A stretch of DNA of 64,000 nt from Pelagibacteraceae bacterium AG-345-F21 (GCA_003281795.1 QCAW01000001.1:15206-79205); one strand, 5' to 3'. Counted from the stretch's first letter, positions 45,455-57,129 are shown. Made by a program: numbers and translations. The notes: generated by a model from the sequence alone, not told the origin.

Positions 45455-45576
45455 TACTCAATTAACAAGCTTTTACTTTGTTTTTTATTCTCATTCAAGC
45501 AAAGAAAAGAACAATTGTTCTTTGAATTTTGCTCATGTAAATCATATTTAATGTAACTTTATTAATTAGATTAAGT

Positions 45577-46614
45577 TTAAAGATTTTTTTGAATAATATT
45601 TAATAATAATTCTTTTGTCTTCTTAACGGCAAATCCTTGTGAGCCCATCTTTAAAGTTCTTTTTCCAAAACAGCCCTTAATATCTTTAAAGGTAAATTTA
45701 TTAGTAATCTTAAACTTAGTTTTTAAATCATCTTCACTTTTAAATTTAACTTTAACACCTGTAATATTTTCAATAACTGTGCCATCCCTTTTAAGGTCAA
45801 ATTTGCATTTAAAAAAATCAGGGACTTCAGAAGTTGGAATACTTTGAACAGGAAAATCAGAGTCATAAGCATGAACCGCACCCTCAATAATAAGTTCCTC
45901 AGAATTAGAACCAGCACTCAATAACTCCTCATATCTCTCTTTACAATATTCTGTGTCATAAGAAATATCTTTTGAACCTACTATGTAGTAAAAATTACTA
46001 CCTATAGTTTTTGGAATATTATATATATTATTACAGGCGCCATAAACTGAAATAACTGAACTAAAAGATTTTAAATTAGGACTAAAAATATTTTTTATTT
46101 CTTGATCTAAAGATAACATCGCAGCATCAGCACCATATGAAAAACCGATCAGAGCTGTTTTCTCTATATCAATATTTGGATGGCTACTAAGAGCATTTAA
46201 AGACATATAAGCATCAGTAGCAAAATCAAGCTCACGAATTTTATTCAAGCAAATTTTCCAGCCATTCCCCGATGCATTACATTTCCTAGTCTTATATGTA
46301 TTTATAACAAAAGTTATATATCCATTCTTATTTAAAAAATTTGCATATCTTAATTCTCTGTTTGGCTTAACTCCACCTGATGTATGTAATATTAATATTA
46401 ATGGTGCTTTTTCGTTAACCTCTAAATTTTTTGGTAATGATAAAGTCCCAATGCCAGTTAAAGGAGAATTTTTGTATATACCTGATTTTAATCTACTAAA
46501 ATCATATGTATAATAAGTGTCAAATTTAATTTTACCTTTTTGTAAAGGTTTGAAATCATTTGCTAATACTAAGCTTGAGGTAAAAAATAAGAGAAATGCT
46601 ACAAAAAATTTCAT
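45577..46614 (-). CDS. Secreted dienelactone-hydrolase-like alpha/beta hydrolase
   Basis: Signal peptide, LILHTSGG, GFSYGA nucleophile elbow, GSKD, GAVHAYD. Confidence 0.8.
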   Translation of the reverse strand: MKFFVAFLLFFTSSLVLANDFKPLQKGKIKFDTYYTYDFSRLKSGIYKNSPLTGIGTLSLPKNLEVNEKAPLILILHTSGGVKPNRELRYANFLNKNGYITFVINTYKTRKCNASGNGWKICLNKIRELDFATDAYMSLNALSSHPNIDIEKTALIGFSYGADAAMLSLDQEIKNIFSPNLKSFSSVISVYGACNNIYNIPKTIGSNFYYIVGSKDISYDTEYCKERYEELLSAGSNSEELIIEGAVHAYDSDFPVQSIPTSEVPDFFKCKFDLKRDGTVIENITGVKVKFKSEDDLKTKFKITNKFTFKDIKGCFGKRTLKMGSQGFAVKKTKELLLNIIQKNL

Positions 46615-46620
46615 TAATTT

Positions 46621-46649
46621 ATAATAACCAAATTATTTTATTTGCTCAA
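46621..46649 (-). promoter_or_regulatory. Putative sigma70 promoter TTGAGC-17-TATTAT, 6 nt before the hydrolase ATG
   Basis: Minus strand TTGAGC aaataaaataatttggt TATTAT aaatta ATG. Confidence 0.55.
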
Positions 46650-46714
46650 TGTATTTTAAAGATAAAATCATAATTAATAGATTTTAAATTTTTTAATTAA
46701 AGATAATACTTTAA

Positions 46715-46789
46715 TGGTGGGCCGTGTTGGTTACACTCCTACTACCCCTGCAATGTCAATGCAGTACTCTACTATTGAGCTACAGGCCC
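46715..46789 (-). tRNA. Atypical or degenerate tRNA-Val(GAC)-like gene
   Basis: 75-nt cloverleaf with perfect anticodon arm CTGCA-TTGACAT-TGCAG and ACCA end, but T-loop AGTGTAA, no D-loop GG, and mismatches in acceptor and T stems. Confidence 0.7.
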
Positions 46790-46818
46790 AAAACCTATAT
46801 GTTTTACATCAGAAAATT

Positions 46819-48684
46819 TTATTTTTCTAGGAAACTTTTTAACTGTTTTGATCTACTTGGATGTTTTAGTTTTCTAAGAGCTTTGGCTTCTATCTGCCTA
46901 ATTCTCTCTCTAGTTACCGAGAATTGCAAACCTACTTCCTCCAAAGTATGATCGGTATTCATTCCAATACCAAAACGCATTCTTAAAACTCTTTCTTCTC
47001 TTGGAGTTAATGAAGCTAATATTTTAGTAGTTGACTCGCTTAAATTAGATTGAATAGCAGTATCTAAAGGTTGTAATGCATTTTTGTCCTCTATAAAATC
47101 ACCAAGGCTACTATCTTCTTCATCTCCAACTGGTGTTTCAAGTGAAACTGGTTCTTTTGCAATTTTTAAAACTTTTCTAACTTTTTCGAGTGGCATCGCA
47201 AGTTTTTTAGCTAGCTCTTCAGGAGTTGGTTCTCTACCAAATTCACTCATTATTTGTCTTTGAGTTCTTACTATTTTATTAATAGTTTCAATCATATGAA
47301 CTGGTATTCTGATAGTGCGAGCTTGATCAGCTATAGATCGAGTAATTGCTTGTCTAATCCACCAAGTCGCATAAGTTGAAAACTTGTAACCTCTTCTATA
47401 TTCAAATTTGTCAACTGCCTTCATTAAACCGATATTACCTTCTTGTATAAGATCTAAAAATTGTAATCCTCTATTAGTATATTTTTTTGCAATTGAAATA
47501 ACTAAACGTAAATTAGCTTCTACCATTTCTTTTTTAGCCACTCTAGACTCTCTCTCACCTTTTTGAATCCTGCTTACTAGCTTTTTAAATTCACCAACTG
47601 AAAGACCAATTTTTTTGCTAAATTCAACTAATCTTTCTCTGATTTCAGAGAAATCTTTTTTATATTTTTTAAAAAAAGTTTTCCAAACAGGGCTTTCTTT
47701 TAGAAAAGACTCAAATTTAGGATTAATTTCATTTCCAATATAATATTTAATAAATTCTTCCCTGGAGATTTTATTATCCATCGCTAATCTTAGTAAAACA
47801 CCCTCTAGCGAGACTATTTTTTTATTTTCTTTATAATGAGATTGAACTAGTTCTTCAACAATATGAGGAGCTAATTGAAGGTTTTTGAAATTATCAACTA
47901 ATGTAATTTGTATCTTTTTAAAATTTTTATTTTTTGAAACAGATAATTCTTTAGCTGCTAGTAAGCAATCTAACTTTTCTCTTTGATATTTTTGCAATTT
48001 CAAATAATTTTTATTTAATGAGTCAAGAATGTTAATTATCTTAGGTTTAATTTCTTCTTCCATTTTAGCTAGAGATACATTAAATTCATCATCTTCTGTG
48101 GGTGTCTCCTCTTCTTTTTTATTATCGCCAGCGGTTTCTTTTTTAACTTCTTTATTTTTAGTTTTCTTATTTATTTTTAATTCATCGTCATCTTCTAAAG
48201 CCTCAAAATCCTCATAAGTTGAATCGATGTCTATGATATCTCTAACTAAAAGTTGTTGACCCTCAATTTGTTCCTTCCACTCAAATATTTTTTTTCCGAC
48301 TAAAGGACTTTGGGTTAAAGCATTTATCATTACATCTTTGCCTGCTTCTATCCTTTTTGCGATAGCAATTTCACCTTCTCTAGATAAAAGTTCTACTCCA
48401 CCCATTTCTCTTAAATACATTCTTATTGGGTCATCGCTTTTGTCTGTTGACTTCTCTTCTGTGGTGCTAGTTGTTTCCTTTTTTTTATTTGACTGATATT
48501 GAGATTTTTTTTCTACTAAAGTAATTTTTTCATCTACAAGAATTATAAAAGCTCTTTCTATATTATTGTAAGTACCGTTTCTTTTACCTAAAGATTTACC
48601 TAATTCTTCAAAAGTAATGAATCCTCTATGTTTTCCTTTGTCTAGAAGTCTTTCAAAAGATTTGGTTATGAGTTTTTCAGCCAT
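46819..48684 (-). CDS. rpoD: RNA polymerase sigma-70 factor
   Basis: [39 protein letters not shown], region 4 HTH. Confidence 0.98.
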   Translation of the reverse strand: MAEKLITKSFERLLDKGKHRGFITFEELGKSLGKRNGTYNNIERAFIILVDEKITLVEKKSQYQSNKKKETTSTTEEKSTDKSDDPIRMYLREMGGVELLSREGEIAIAKRIEAGKDVMINALTQSPLVGKKIFEWKEQIEGQQLLVRDIIDIDSTYEDFEALEDDDELKINKKTKNKEVKKETAGDNKKEEETPTEDDEFNVSLAKMEEEIKPKIINILDSLNKNYLKLQKYQREKLDCLLAAKELSVSKNKNFKKIQITLVDNFKNLQLAPHIVEELVQSHYKENKKIVSLEGVLLRLAMDNKISREEFIKYYIGNEINPKFESFLKESPVWKTFFKKYKKDFSEIRERLVEFSKKIGLSVGEFKKLVSRIQKGERESRVAKKEMVEANLRLVISIAKKYTNRGLQFLDLIQEGNIGLMKAVDKFEYRRGYKFSTYATWWIRQAITRSIADQARTIRIPVHMIETINKIVRTQRQIMSEFGREPTPEELAKKLAMPLEKVRKVLKIAKEPVSLETPVGDEEDSSLGDFIEDKNALQPLDTAIQSNLSESTTKILASLTPREERVLRMRFGIGMNTDHTLEEVGLQFSVTRERIRQIEAKALRKLKHPSRSKQLKSFLEK

Positions 48685-48744
48685 TTATTTCCGTTTGGGT
48701 AGTTGAATATATATAATGACTGTTTTACAAAAATCTATCTTTTT

Positions 48745-50532
48745 TTAATCCCTATTTAACTGGCTTTTAAGCTTTATAAGTTCTGAATATGAACTTTCAT
48801 CAAGGTTATTTATCAATTCCTTTTCAAGAGATTCTATCTTTTTAAGACTATTCAATTCTTTCAATTCTTCAATTAATTCATTTAATAATTCCAAAATATT
48901 TTCCTTATTTTTAGTTTTTAAAATAATTTGTATACTAGAATTTTCATTTATTTCTTCAATCAACATCTTGAACTCGGTATTAATTTTTAATTTAATAGAA
49001 TTTCCATCTAAACCCTCTGTCAAAAGTGATAAAATTAAGTTTTTTAAATTCTGGTTTTTCTCTGACAAAAAATCAATTTCAGATAGATCAGATGCTTTGT
49101 CTAATGTGATGTCAAAATGATTTAACATTATGTATAATAATGAAAATTCTTTAATTTGAATTTTTGAAAAATGATTTTTTTTCTTATGTAAATTTTTTGT
49201 CTCATTTAATATTTCAAATTTTTGTTGATTGTATTTTTGAAATCTTTGATTGAGTTTTTTTGAGCTTTGAATCGGAGTAAGTTGTTTAATTTTATTTAAA
49301 TAATCCTCTAAAACATATTTTTTAAGAGTTTCATCCTTAATAGAGTAACATAATTTTTTAATTTCTTTTTCAAATTTTGAAACTTCAAAAGGATTATTTT
49401 TATCAATTTTACTTAAATAATAGTTCCAAATAAAAAATTGAATTACTTGTTTGTCATTAAGTAATTTTAGAAATCCATCTTTTCCGTTATGCTTAATATA
49501 GTCATCTGGATCTTTGCCTTCAGGCATAACAGAAAAAAAAATTTTATTTTTTTCATTTATTAACGGAAATAATTTTTCTGCTATTCTTAATGCAGCCTTC
49601 TGACCACTTACATCTCCATCTAGACAAATAATCGGATTAACAAAAAATTTCCATATTAGGTCAATTTGTCTTTCTGTTAATGCAGTGCCTGAATTTGAAA
49701 TAACATTTTTTATTCCAGATGAATAAACGCTTACAACGTCCATATACCCCTCAACTATTATAACTTCGTCGGTATCGGCTCTACAATTTTTAGCCTTGTC
49801 TAAATTAAAAATCATACTGCCCTTTTTATAAAACTCTGTTTCAGGTGAGTTAATATATTTGGCTAATTTACCGTCTCTAATTATTCGTCCACCAAACGCA
49901 ATTGTATCTCCGGAAATATTATTTATCGGAAAAATTATTCTAGAATTAAACCTATCAACGTATTTTCCTGTTTTATCGTTTTTATAGTACAATCCAGTAA
50001 AATTTATGTCTTCTTCGGTAAATTTTTTTACAAGATCTTCATAAAAATTATTCTTCCAAGGTACGTATCCTAATTTAAATTCTTTTATAATATTTTTATT
50101 TAATCCTCTCTTTGAAAGATAATCTAAAGCTTCCTTATTGCTTTCTTTAAATAATAATTGATGGAAATGATCAGAATAATCTTGAAATATCTTTTTATAA
50201 TTTTGAAATCTTAAGTCTTTTTTTTTATCAAAATTAGAAAATCTATAAGGTTGCATGCCTGCTTCAGAAGCCAGAACTCTCACGGCTTCGCCAAAACCTA
50301 TTGATTTTGTTTTCATTAAAAAGTCAAAAATATTCCCATGTTCACCGCTGCTAAAACAATGATAAAACTCTTTTTCATCATTTACAGTAAATGATGGACT
50401 TTTTTCATTTTTAAATGGTGAAAGCCCTATAAATTCTTTTCCCCTTTTTTTTAGCTGGACAGATTTCCCTACTACCTGTGATACTTTAAGTCTTAACTTT
50501 ATTTCATCTAAATACTCTTTGGGGTATTTCAT
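48745..50532 (-). CDS. dnaG: DNA primase
   Basis: N-terminal zinc-binding-domain-like region, KYINSPET, VEGYMDV, DPDD TOPRIM. Confidence 0.96.
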   Translation of the reverse strand: MKYPKEYLDEIKLRLKVSQVVGKSVQLKKRGKEFIGLSPFKNEKSPSFTVNDEKEFYHCFSSGEHGNIFDFLMKTKSIGFGEAVRVLASEAGMQPYRFSNFDKKKDLRFQNYKKIFQDYSDHFHQLLFKESNKEALDYLSKRGLNKNIIKEFKLGYVPWKNNFYEDLVKKFTEEDINFTGLYYKNDKTGKYVDRFNSRIIFPINNISGDTIAFGGRIIRDGKLAKYINSPETEFYKKGSMIFNLDKAKNCRADTDEVIIVEGYMDVVSVYSSGIKNVISNSGTALTERQIDLIWKFFVNPIICLDGDVSGQKAALRIAEKLFPLINEKNKIFFSVMPEGKDPDDYIKHNGKDGFLKLLNDKQVIQFFIWNYYLSKIDKNNPFEVSKFEKEIKKLCYSIKDETLKKYVLEDYLNKIKQLTPIQSSKKLNQRFQKYNQQKFEILNETKNLHKKKNHFSKIQIKEFSLLYIMLNHFDITLDKASDLSEIDFLSEKNQNLKNLILSLLTEGLDGNSIKLKINTEFKMLIEEINENSSIQIILKTKNKENILELLNELIEELKELNSLKKIESLEKELINNLDESSYSELIKLKSQLNRD

Positions 50533-50533
50533 T

Positions 50534-50989
50534 TTAATTTAAAAGTCCTTTTATAATTTCACTTACCTTAGAAAAATCTAATGTATCTGCATGTTTAGAT
50601 TTTAAAACTCCCATAACTTTTCCCATATCTTTCATTGATGCTGCTCCTACAGATTTTATTGCTTCCTCACAAATTTTTTTAGTTTCTTCTTCACTTAATT
50701 GTTTTGGTAAAAACTCAATAATTATATTTATTTCCTTGGTCTCGTTTTCTAAGAGCTCAGTTCTTCCCGCTTTTTTATAAACCTCGCAGGATTCATTTCT
50801 TTGTTTTATCATTTTTTTCAAAATTGCAGTAATATCTGCATCTTTAACTTCTTTTTGTCCTTTAGTACGACCAGCTATTTCAGCATCTTTTATTGCTGAG
50901 ACCATAAGTCTTAATGTCGGATAAGTATTTTTATCCTTGGCTTTTAATGCCTCGTTAAGCTTATTTTCTATTTGGTTTTTTAAGGACAT
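50534..50989 (-). CDS. GatB/YqeY domain protein
   Basis: KMIKQRNES..Y.KAGR.EL, FLPKQLS, MKDMGKVM. Confidence 0.92.
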   Translation of the reverse strand: MSLKNQIENKLNEALKAKDKNTYPTLRLMVSAIKDAEIAGRTKGQKEVKDADITAILKKMIKQRNESCEVYKKAGRTELLENETKEINIIIEFLPKQLSEEETKKICEEAIKSVGAASMKDMGKVMGVLKSKHADTLDFSKVSEIIKGLLN

Positions 50990-51114
50990 AAATTATACAT
51001 TTTAGTTTAATCACAATTCTTATCGAAAATAAAAAGAACTTTCTTGACGATTATATTTCTATTTCATATGTTTCGCAAAATCATGTTTATAAGTTTTTTA
51101 CTTTAACTCATGAG

Positions 51115-52323
51115 TTGTATTTGAAACAGATTGCTCAAAATATAAACTCAAATAAAAATCTTAATAAGATCGATTCCAACGCTATTTTAGTTCTTCAAAA
51201 CGGTAAAATTTTTAAAGGTATAGGTCTAGGTTATCAAGGGACTGTAACGGGAGAAGTATGTTTCAATACATCTATTACAGGTTATCAAGAAATAATTTCC
51301 GATCCCTCTTACGCAGAGCAAATTATAAATTTTACTTTCCCTCATGTAGGAAATGTCGGTTCCAATAAAGAAGATCATGAGTCAGATATTATTTGGACTA
51401 AAGGGGTGATAATTAATACTGAAATTACAGACCCCTCTAATTACAGATCTTTAAAGCACTTAGATCTATGGTTAAAAGCCAATAAAATAGTTGGAATAAC
51501 TGGACTGGATACAAGAAACTTAACTAATCTTATTAGAGATAAAGGGGCACCCAAAGGAACAATATCTTATTTTAATAATGTAAACTTTAATATTAAAAAA
51601 CTTGTTAGAGCAACTCAAAAATGGAGTGGTCTCAAAAATTTAGATTTAGCTAAAAAAGTTACTACTAAAAAAAATTATATTTGGAAAGATTTGAAAACTT
51701 GGAAGAAAGGGAAAGGTTTTGTAAAAAATAAAAAAAAATCTTTACACGTTGTCGCTATTGATTACGGTATTAAAAAAAATATTTTGAGATATTTTTCAGA
51801 TTTTAATTGTAAAGTTACTATAGTTTCGTGCAAAACAAAAGTGGATGATATTTTAAGATTAAAACCAAATGGTGTCTTTTTATCAAACGGACCAGGTGAT
51901 CCAGCAGCTACAGGAAAGTATGCAATTCCAGTTATAAAAAAATTCATACAAAAAAATTTACCAATATTTGGAATTTGTTTAGGACATCAGCTTCTAGGAT
52001 TAGCTCTAGGAGCAAAAACAAAAAAAATGAACTTAGGCCATAGAGGTGCTAACCATCCGGTTAAGAATTTGATTAAAGGAAATGTAGAGATAACAAGTCA
52101 AAATCACGGTTTTGAAATAATTAAAAAAAACTTGCCAAAAAATATTCAAGTCACTCATCAATCTCTTTTTGACAATAGTATAGAAGGTATAAAACTAAAA
52201 TCTAAACCAATTTTTTCTGTTCAATATCACCCTGAATCTAATCCAGGTCCTCAAGATAGTGTTTACTTATTTGAAGATTTTATAAAAAGTATGAAAAAGA
52301 ATGCCAAAAAGAAAAGATATTAA
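51115..52323 (+). CDS. carA: Carbamoyl-phosphate synthase small subunit (start codon uncertain, non-ATG)
   Basis: [33 protein letters not shown]. Confidence 0.96.
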   Translation: MYLKQIAQNINSNKNLNKIDSNAILVLQNGKIFKGIGLGYQGTVTGEVCFNTSITGYQEIISDPSYAEQIINFTFPHVGNVGSNKEDHESDIIWTKGVIINTEITDPSNYRSLKHLDLWLKANKIVGITGLDTRNLTNLIRDKGAPKGTISYFNNVNFNIKKLVRATQKWSGLKNLDLAKKVTTKKNYIWKDLKTWKKGKGFVKNKKKSLHVVAIDYGIKKNILRYFSDFNCKVTIVSCKTKVDDILRLKPNGVFLSNGPGDPAATGKYAIPVIKKFIQKNLPIFGICLGHQLLGLALGAKTKKMNLGHRGANHPVKNLIKGNVEITSQNHGFEIIKKNLPKNIQVTHQSLFDNSIEGIKLKSKPIFSVQYHPESNPGPQDSVYLFEDFIKSMKKNAKKKRY

Positions 52324-55300
52324 AAAAATTTTAGTCATTGGAGCTGGTCCAATTATAATTGGGCAAGCATGTGAATTTGACTATTCAGGCACTCAAGCAT
52401 GCAAAGCCTTGAGAGATGAAGGTTATAAAGTAATTTTAATAAATTCTAATCCAGCAACAATTATGACTGATCCTGATGTAGCTGATAAAACTTATATAGA
52501 ACCAATTACTTTAGAGATTTTAGAAAAAATTATAATTAAAGAAAAACCTGACGCAATACTTCCAACTATGGGAGGTCAAACAGCTCTTAATTTGGCTATG
52601 GAGGCCGAAAAAAAAGGTATTCTTAAAAGATACAAAATTGAACTTATTGGAGCTAATTCTAAAGCTATAGCGAACGCAGAAGATAGAAAAAAATTTAGAA
52701 AAAATATGATTGATATCGGTTTAGATCTACCAAAATCAAAAATAGTAAATAATTTTAACCAAGCATCAAAAGTTTTAAAACAAATAGGCTTGCCTGCAAT
52801 AATAAGACCAGCCTTTACTCTGGGTGGACTTGGAGGAGGAATAGCAAAAAATAAAAAGGAATTTTTTAAAATAATTAAAAATGGCCTTCATGAGTCTCCG
52901 GTTAACCAAATATTAGTTGAAGAATGTTTGGAAGGGTGGAAAGAATTTGAAATGGAAGTTGTAAGAGATAAAAAAGACAATTGTATAATTGTTTGTTCAA
53001 TTGAAAACGTTGATCCTATGGGAATTCATACTGGAGACTCGATTACTATTGCTCCAGCATTAACTCTTACTGATAAAGAATATCAAGTGATGAGAAATGC
53101 ATCTATTGCATGCTTAAGAAAGATAGGAGTAGAAACAGGAGGTTCAAATGTTCAGTTTGCTATAAATCCTAAAAATGGAAGAATGGTTATCATTGAAATG
53201 AACCCAAGAGTTTCAAGATCATCCGCTCTAGCCTCAAAAGCCACGGGATTTCCAATAGCTAAAGTCGCTGCAAAACTTGCCATTGGTTATACTTTAGATG
53301 AATTAAAAAATGAAATAACAAAAGTCACTCCTGCTTCTTTTGAGCCTACTATTGACTATATAGTAACCAAAATTCCAAGATTCACTTTTGAAAAATTTTC
53401 GTCCTCAGCTGCAATTTTAGGCACATCTATGAAATCAGTTGGTGAAGCAATGGCAATAGGTAGAAATTTTAAAGAATCTTTGCAAAAGGCGTTGGTTTCT
53501 TTAGAAACTGGTTTTTCTGGTTTAGACCAAATTTTTGATTTAAAAGTTAAACAAATTGAAAAAAAGCTTAGAGAAAATATACCTAACAAGATCTTGCTTG
53601 TTGGTGAGGCTTTTAGAAAAAAAATCAATATAAAAAAGATTCAGAAATTTTCAAAAATTGATCCTTGGTTTTTAAATCAAATAAAAGATATTATAGATAA
53701 TGAAAATAAGATTAAAAAGTATGGATTACCAAAAAATTATAATGAATTTAATTATTTAAAATCAATTGGTTTTTCAGATAAAAAACTTTCAGAACTCGCA
53801 AATACTTCCGAAAGTATTATTAGAAAAAAAAGATCAGCCTTAAAGGTTTTTCCCGTATACAAAAAAGTTGATACTTGTGCGTCTGAATTTAAATCATTTA
53901 CACCCTATATGTACTCCACTTATCAAAGAAACTTTTCGTTAAATACTGAGTGTGAAGCTGAACCTTCGAATAGAAAAAAAATAATAATTCTTGGTGGAGG
54001 ACCTAATAGAATTGGCCAAGGCATAGAATTTGATTACTGTTGCTGTCAAGCTAGTTTTGCCTTGAAAAAAGCAGGATTTGAAACAATTATGGTAAATTGT
54101 AATCCTGAAACTGTTTCTACTGACTATGACACGAGTGATAGACTTTATTTTGAACCGTTAATAGAAGAGTTTGTTTTTAATATTATAAAAAAAGAAAAAA
54201 CTAAAGGAAATTTGATAGGTGTTATAGCTCAATTTGGAGGACAGACACCAATAAAATTATCTAAATTTTTACACGAGAATAAGCTCCCAATTCTAGGAAC
54301 TCAATATACTTCTATAGATTTAGCAGAAGATAGAGATAGATTTAGAAATCTTTTAAACAAATTAAGATTAAAACAGGCTGAAAGTGGTATAGCAAAAACT
54401 ATGCCCCAAGCTTTAAAAATAGCTAATAAAATTGGATTGCCACTTATGGTAAGACCTTCTTATGTTTTGGGAGGTAGAGCTATGGAAATTGTTTACGAAA
54501 AAAAACAACTTAAAAAACTTGTTCAAGAAGCATTTAAAGCTGCAGAAAAAAATTCAATTTTGATAGATAAATTTATAGATAATGCTATGGAAATAGATGT
54601 TGACGCATTGTCAGATGGTAAACAAGTATATGTTGCTGGCATCATGCAACACATAGAAGAAGCTGGAATTCACTCAGGTGACTCGGCTTGTAGTTTACCA
54701 CCAGTCTCTATAAAGCCCTTTTTAATAAAAGAGATTGAAAATCAAACAAAGAAACTAGCCTTAGCGCTAAAAGTAAAAGGCTTTATGAATGTTCAATTTG
54801 CAATCAAAAATGATGAAATTTTTGTTATAGAAGTTAATCCCAGAGCAAGCAGGACTGTACCATTTGTATCAAAAGCCAAAAATTTACCTTTTGCTAAAAT
54901 TGCTTCAAGAGTAATGGCGGGTGAAAAGTTATCTAATTTTAATTTAAGAAGTAAAACAAAAAAAATGTTTGCTGTAAAAGAGGCAGTTTTTCCTTTTAAT
55001 AAATTTCCAAAAAGTGATCTTTTACTCGGACCAGAAATGAAGTCTACTGGGGAAGTTATGGGATTTGATGAAAATTTTGGAATGGCTTTCGCTAAAAGTC
55101 AAATAGCAGCCTCTAATTCTCTTCCTACTCAAGGCTTGGCTTTTATATCTCTCAAAAACAGTCATAAAAATGAAGGTGTAGCTTTAGCAAAACAACTATC
55201 TAAGCTTAATTTTAAACTTTGCGGCACAGGTGGAACAGCAAAATATATTAACAAACACGGAATTAAGTGTAAAAAAATAAATAAAGTTAATGAAGGATCT

Positions 55301-55525
55301 CCACACATAGTAGATGTTTTAAATGCCAAAAAAATTGCTTTAGTGATTAATACTGGTGGAGGTAATAGTGAAAAACAATTGAATGATGCTTTAGCATTAA
55401 GAAGGGCAACTTTAGCAAATAAAGTGCCTTATTGTACAAATATGTCGACAGCAAAAGTTTGTATTGAAGGAATTAAGTCTCTTAAAAATAAAGATGTTAA
55501 AGTAATATCTTTGCAAGATTTATAA
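52301..55525 (+). CDS. carB: Carbamoyl-phosphate synthase large subunit
   Basis: [30 protein letters not shown]; two ATP-grasp halves; MGS domain. Confidence 0.98.
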   Translation: MPKRKDIKKILVIGAGPIIIGQACEFDYSGTQACKALRDEGYKVILINSNPATIMTDPDVADKTYIEPITLEILEKIIIKEKPDAILPTMGGQTALNLAMEAEKKGILKRYKIELIGANSKAIANAEDRKKFRKNMIDIGLDLPKSKIVNNFNQASKVLKQIGLPAIIRPAFTLGGLGGGIAKNKKEFFKIIKNGLHESPVNQILVEECLEGWKEFEMEVVRDKKDNCIIVCSIENVDPMGIHTGDSITIAPALTLTDKEYQVMRNASIACLRKIGVETGGSNVQFAINPKNGRMVIIEMNPRVSRSSALASKATGFPIAKVAAKLAIGYTLDELKNEITKVTPASFEPTIDYIVTKIPRFTFEKFSSSAAILGTSMKSVGEAMAIGRNFKESLQKALVSLETGFSGLDQIFDLKVKQIEKKLRENIPNKILLVGEAFRKKINIKKIQKFSKIDPWFLNQIKDIIDNENKIKKYGLPKNYNEFNYLKSIGFSDKKLSELANTSESIIRKKRSALKVFPVYKKVDTCASEFKSFTPYMYSTYQRNFSLNTECEAEPSNRKKIIILGGGPNRIGQGIEFDYCCCQASFALKKAGFETIMVNCNPETVSTDYDTSDRLYFEPLIEEFVFNIIKKEKTKGNLIGVIAQFGGQTPIKLSKFLHENKLPILGTQYTSIDLAEDRDRFRNLLNKLRLKQAESGIAKTMPQALKIANKIGLPLMVRPSYVLGGRAMEIVYEKKQLKKLVQEAFKAAEKNSILIDKFIDNAMEIDVDALSDGKQVYVAGIMQHIEEAGIHSGDSACSLPPVSIKPFLIKEIENQTKKLALALKVKGFMNVQFAIKNDEIFVIEVNPRASRTVPFVSKAKNLPFAKIASRVMAGEKLSNFNLRSKTKKMFAVKEAVFPFNKFPKSDLLLGPEMKSTGEVMGFDENFGMAFAKSQIAASNSLPTQGLAFISLKNSHKNEGVALAKQLSKLNFKLCGTGGTAKYINKHGIKCKKINKVNEGSPHIVDVLNAKKIALVINTGGGNSEKQLNDALALRRATLANKVPYCTNMSTAKVCIEGIKSLKNKDVKVISLQDL

Positions 55526-55529
55526 AATA

Positions 55530-56192
55530 TTACTTTACTTTCCAATCAGTCTCAAATGTAACATAATTAATTTGAATACATCTACGTTCTTTTCTAATTT
55601 CTTTTTTTTCCATACCATGCCATGAATTTGGTCCGCTAGTGAAGAAATATCCATAGTTGTGCTTGTATGGGACAGTTTTAACTTTAGTCAATTTAGTGTC
55701 ATAAAAATCTGTACCTAAATTTTCAGATTCATTGTGAAGATTAATAAAAACAATTGAGGACATTAACTTTTCTGCAATATCACAGTGAGGTTTAAGCCAA
55801 AAACCTTCTCTATCACAAATAACTTCTAGTCTAACAAAAGAATTACTTAAATCTTTTCCTATAAGACTGCCTATCTTCTTATGAACTTCTGGTGATCTTA
55901 ATTCCTCAATAAAATTTGTAAGGTGAGGAAACTTATTAGTATTTTCTTTAGTTACGTAACATCTTAATTTTTTTGCTTTTCCTCCATCTTTTATACCTGA
56001 TCTAAAAGCTCCATCGCCGCCATCAAGTGCTCTAGTACCATCATACTTTAAGTTTTCTTTTTTAGGATTAGCAATATCGGCATTACTAATTTCATTAATT
56101 GCTTCATTAGTTAGTGGTTGATTAATTTCGTAATGTTCGAATGGTGTACTAAATAATTTAGTTCTAGTCGTGAGAGATTTAAATAATTCCAT
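55530..56192 (-). CDS. 2OG-Fe(II) oxygenase family protein
   Basis: WLKPHCD...SWHG...ERRCIQINY (HxD..H..R). Confidence 0.8.
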   Translation of the reverse strand: MELFKSLTTRTKLFSTPFEHYEINQPLTNEAINEISNADIANPKKENLKYDGTRALDGGDGAFRSGIKDGGKAKKLRCYVTKENTNKFPHLTNFIEELRSPEVHKKIGSLIGKDLSNSFVRLEVICDREGFWLKPHCDIAEKLMSSIVFINLHNESENLGTDFYDTKLTKVKTVPYKHNYGYFFTSGPNSWHGMEKKEIRKERRCIQINYVTFETDWKVK

Positions 56193-57129
56193 TTTTTTTC
56201 ATCTTTTCTTTAATAATAGGGGCAATTCTATTTACCTCATCTAACTTATTGTAGCTCCAGTTGTCAATATTATCTGTTAGTTCTTTTATTATACCTAAAT
56301 TTTTAAATTGGGTATAAAAATTTTTAAATCTTTGAGAGTTTCTTGTGGGTTTCATCGTAGCTATATAAACTGGTTTTCCAGTTACTGCAGCCTCTGAAAT
56401 CATTGAAGTAGAGTCGCAAGTGACTATAATGTAGTCAGCAATAGCTAAAGAGCCTAGATAAGCTTTTTTATCAATTTTTTTTACAACATGATGGTTTATG
56501 TTAAAAGTGTTATAAGCTTTTTTTATTACTTCTGCAGGGGTTCTGTAAGATGGAACTACAATAATTTTAAATTTATCTGGCGTAAACAAAGTTTTAACTC
56601 TGTTAAAAATATAATTAATTTGTTCTTCTGAATAATTATAATTTTTATTAGGTCCTCCGATAACAAAAGTAGCTATTTGTTTTTTTCCTTTTTCAATTTC
56701 AAGATATTTTGAGTTTGCTGTTATTTCTTTTTTTGTAAGATAGTGAATAGAGCCTCTAGTTGTTATAATATTGTTTCCTTTAATATTGTCATGTTCAGGA
56801 CTTACAATTAAATCAAAGTGTTTATAAGAAACTTTTGGATCTTGAATATGAATGTTAAAAATTTCTTTTCCTAGTCTTTTTTTTAAAGCTATAGATGGAA
56901 TTACACTTTTTCGACCACACGAAATAATAATTTTACTATCACAAACAAATTTTTCTGTTAATAAGTTTTCAGAAATCGGAGTAAATTTAGGAGGGATTAA
57001 ATTCCATATAGGTTTTAATTTAATCTTTTGATGTTTAAAGTTGAGTTTTAAAGCTTTGGCTAAACCCTCTACTTGGCTTAACATTCCATGCATGCCTTGT
57101 GTCAAAAGAAGTGCTTTTAATTCTAACAT
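56179..57129 (-). CDS. ELM1/DUF1022 family protein
   Basis: SQVEGLA, IHIQDP, PEHD, VTCDSTSMISEA..TGKPV. Confidence 0.85.
   Translation of the reverse strand: MLELKALLLTQGMHGMLSQVEGLAKALKLNFKHQKIKLKPIWNLIPPKFTPISENLLTEKFVCDSKIIISCGRKSVIPSIALKKRLGKEIFNIHIQDPKVSYKHFDLIVSPEHDNIKGNNIITTRGSIHYLTKKEITANSKYLEIEKGKKQIATFVIGGPNKNYNYSEEQINYIFNRVKTLFTPDKFKIIVVPSYRTPAEVIKKAYNTFNINHHVVKKIDKKAYLGSLAIADYIIVTCDSTSMISEAAVTGKPVYIATMKPTRNSQRFKNFYTQFKNLGIIKELTDNIDNWSYNKLDEVNRIAPIIKEKMKKNGII

Noticed and set aside
45509-45520. GAAC-N4-GTTC matching the Gram-positive LexA (Cheo) box
   Set aside because: Alphaproteobacterial LexA uses GTTC-N7-GTTC, and no SOS gene lies downstream; kept only as a palindrome.
46724-46951. 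75-aa + strand ORF
   Set aside because: Antisense to the tRNA-Val-like gene and the rpoD 3' end; a shadow ORF.
51068-51106. 12-aa uORF MFRKIMFISFLL as an Arg-sensing carA leader peptide
   Set aside because: Its ATG lies inside the predicted -10 box, so it is probably not transcribed; only one Arg codon.
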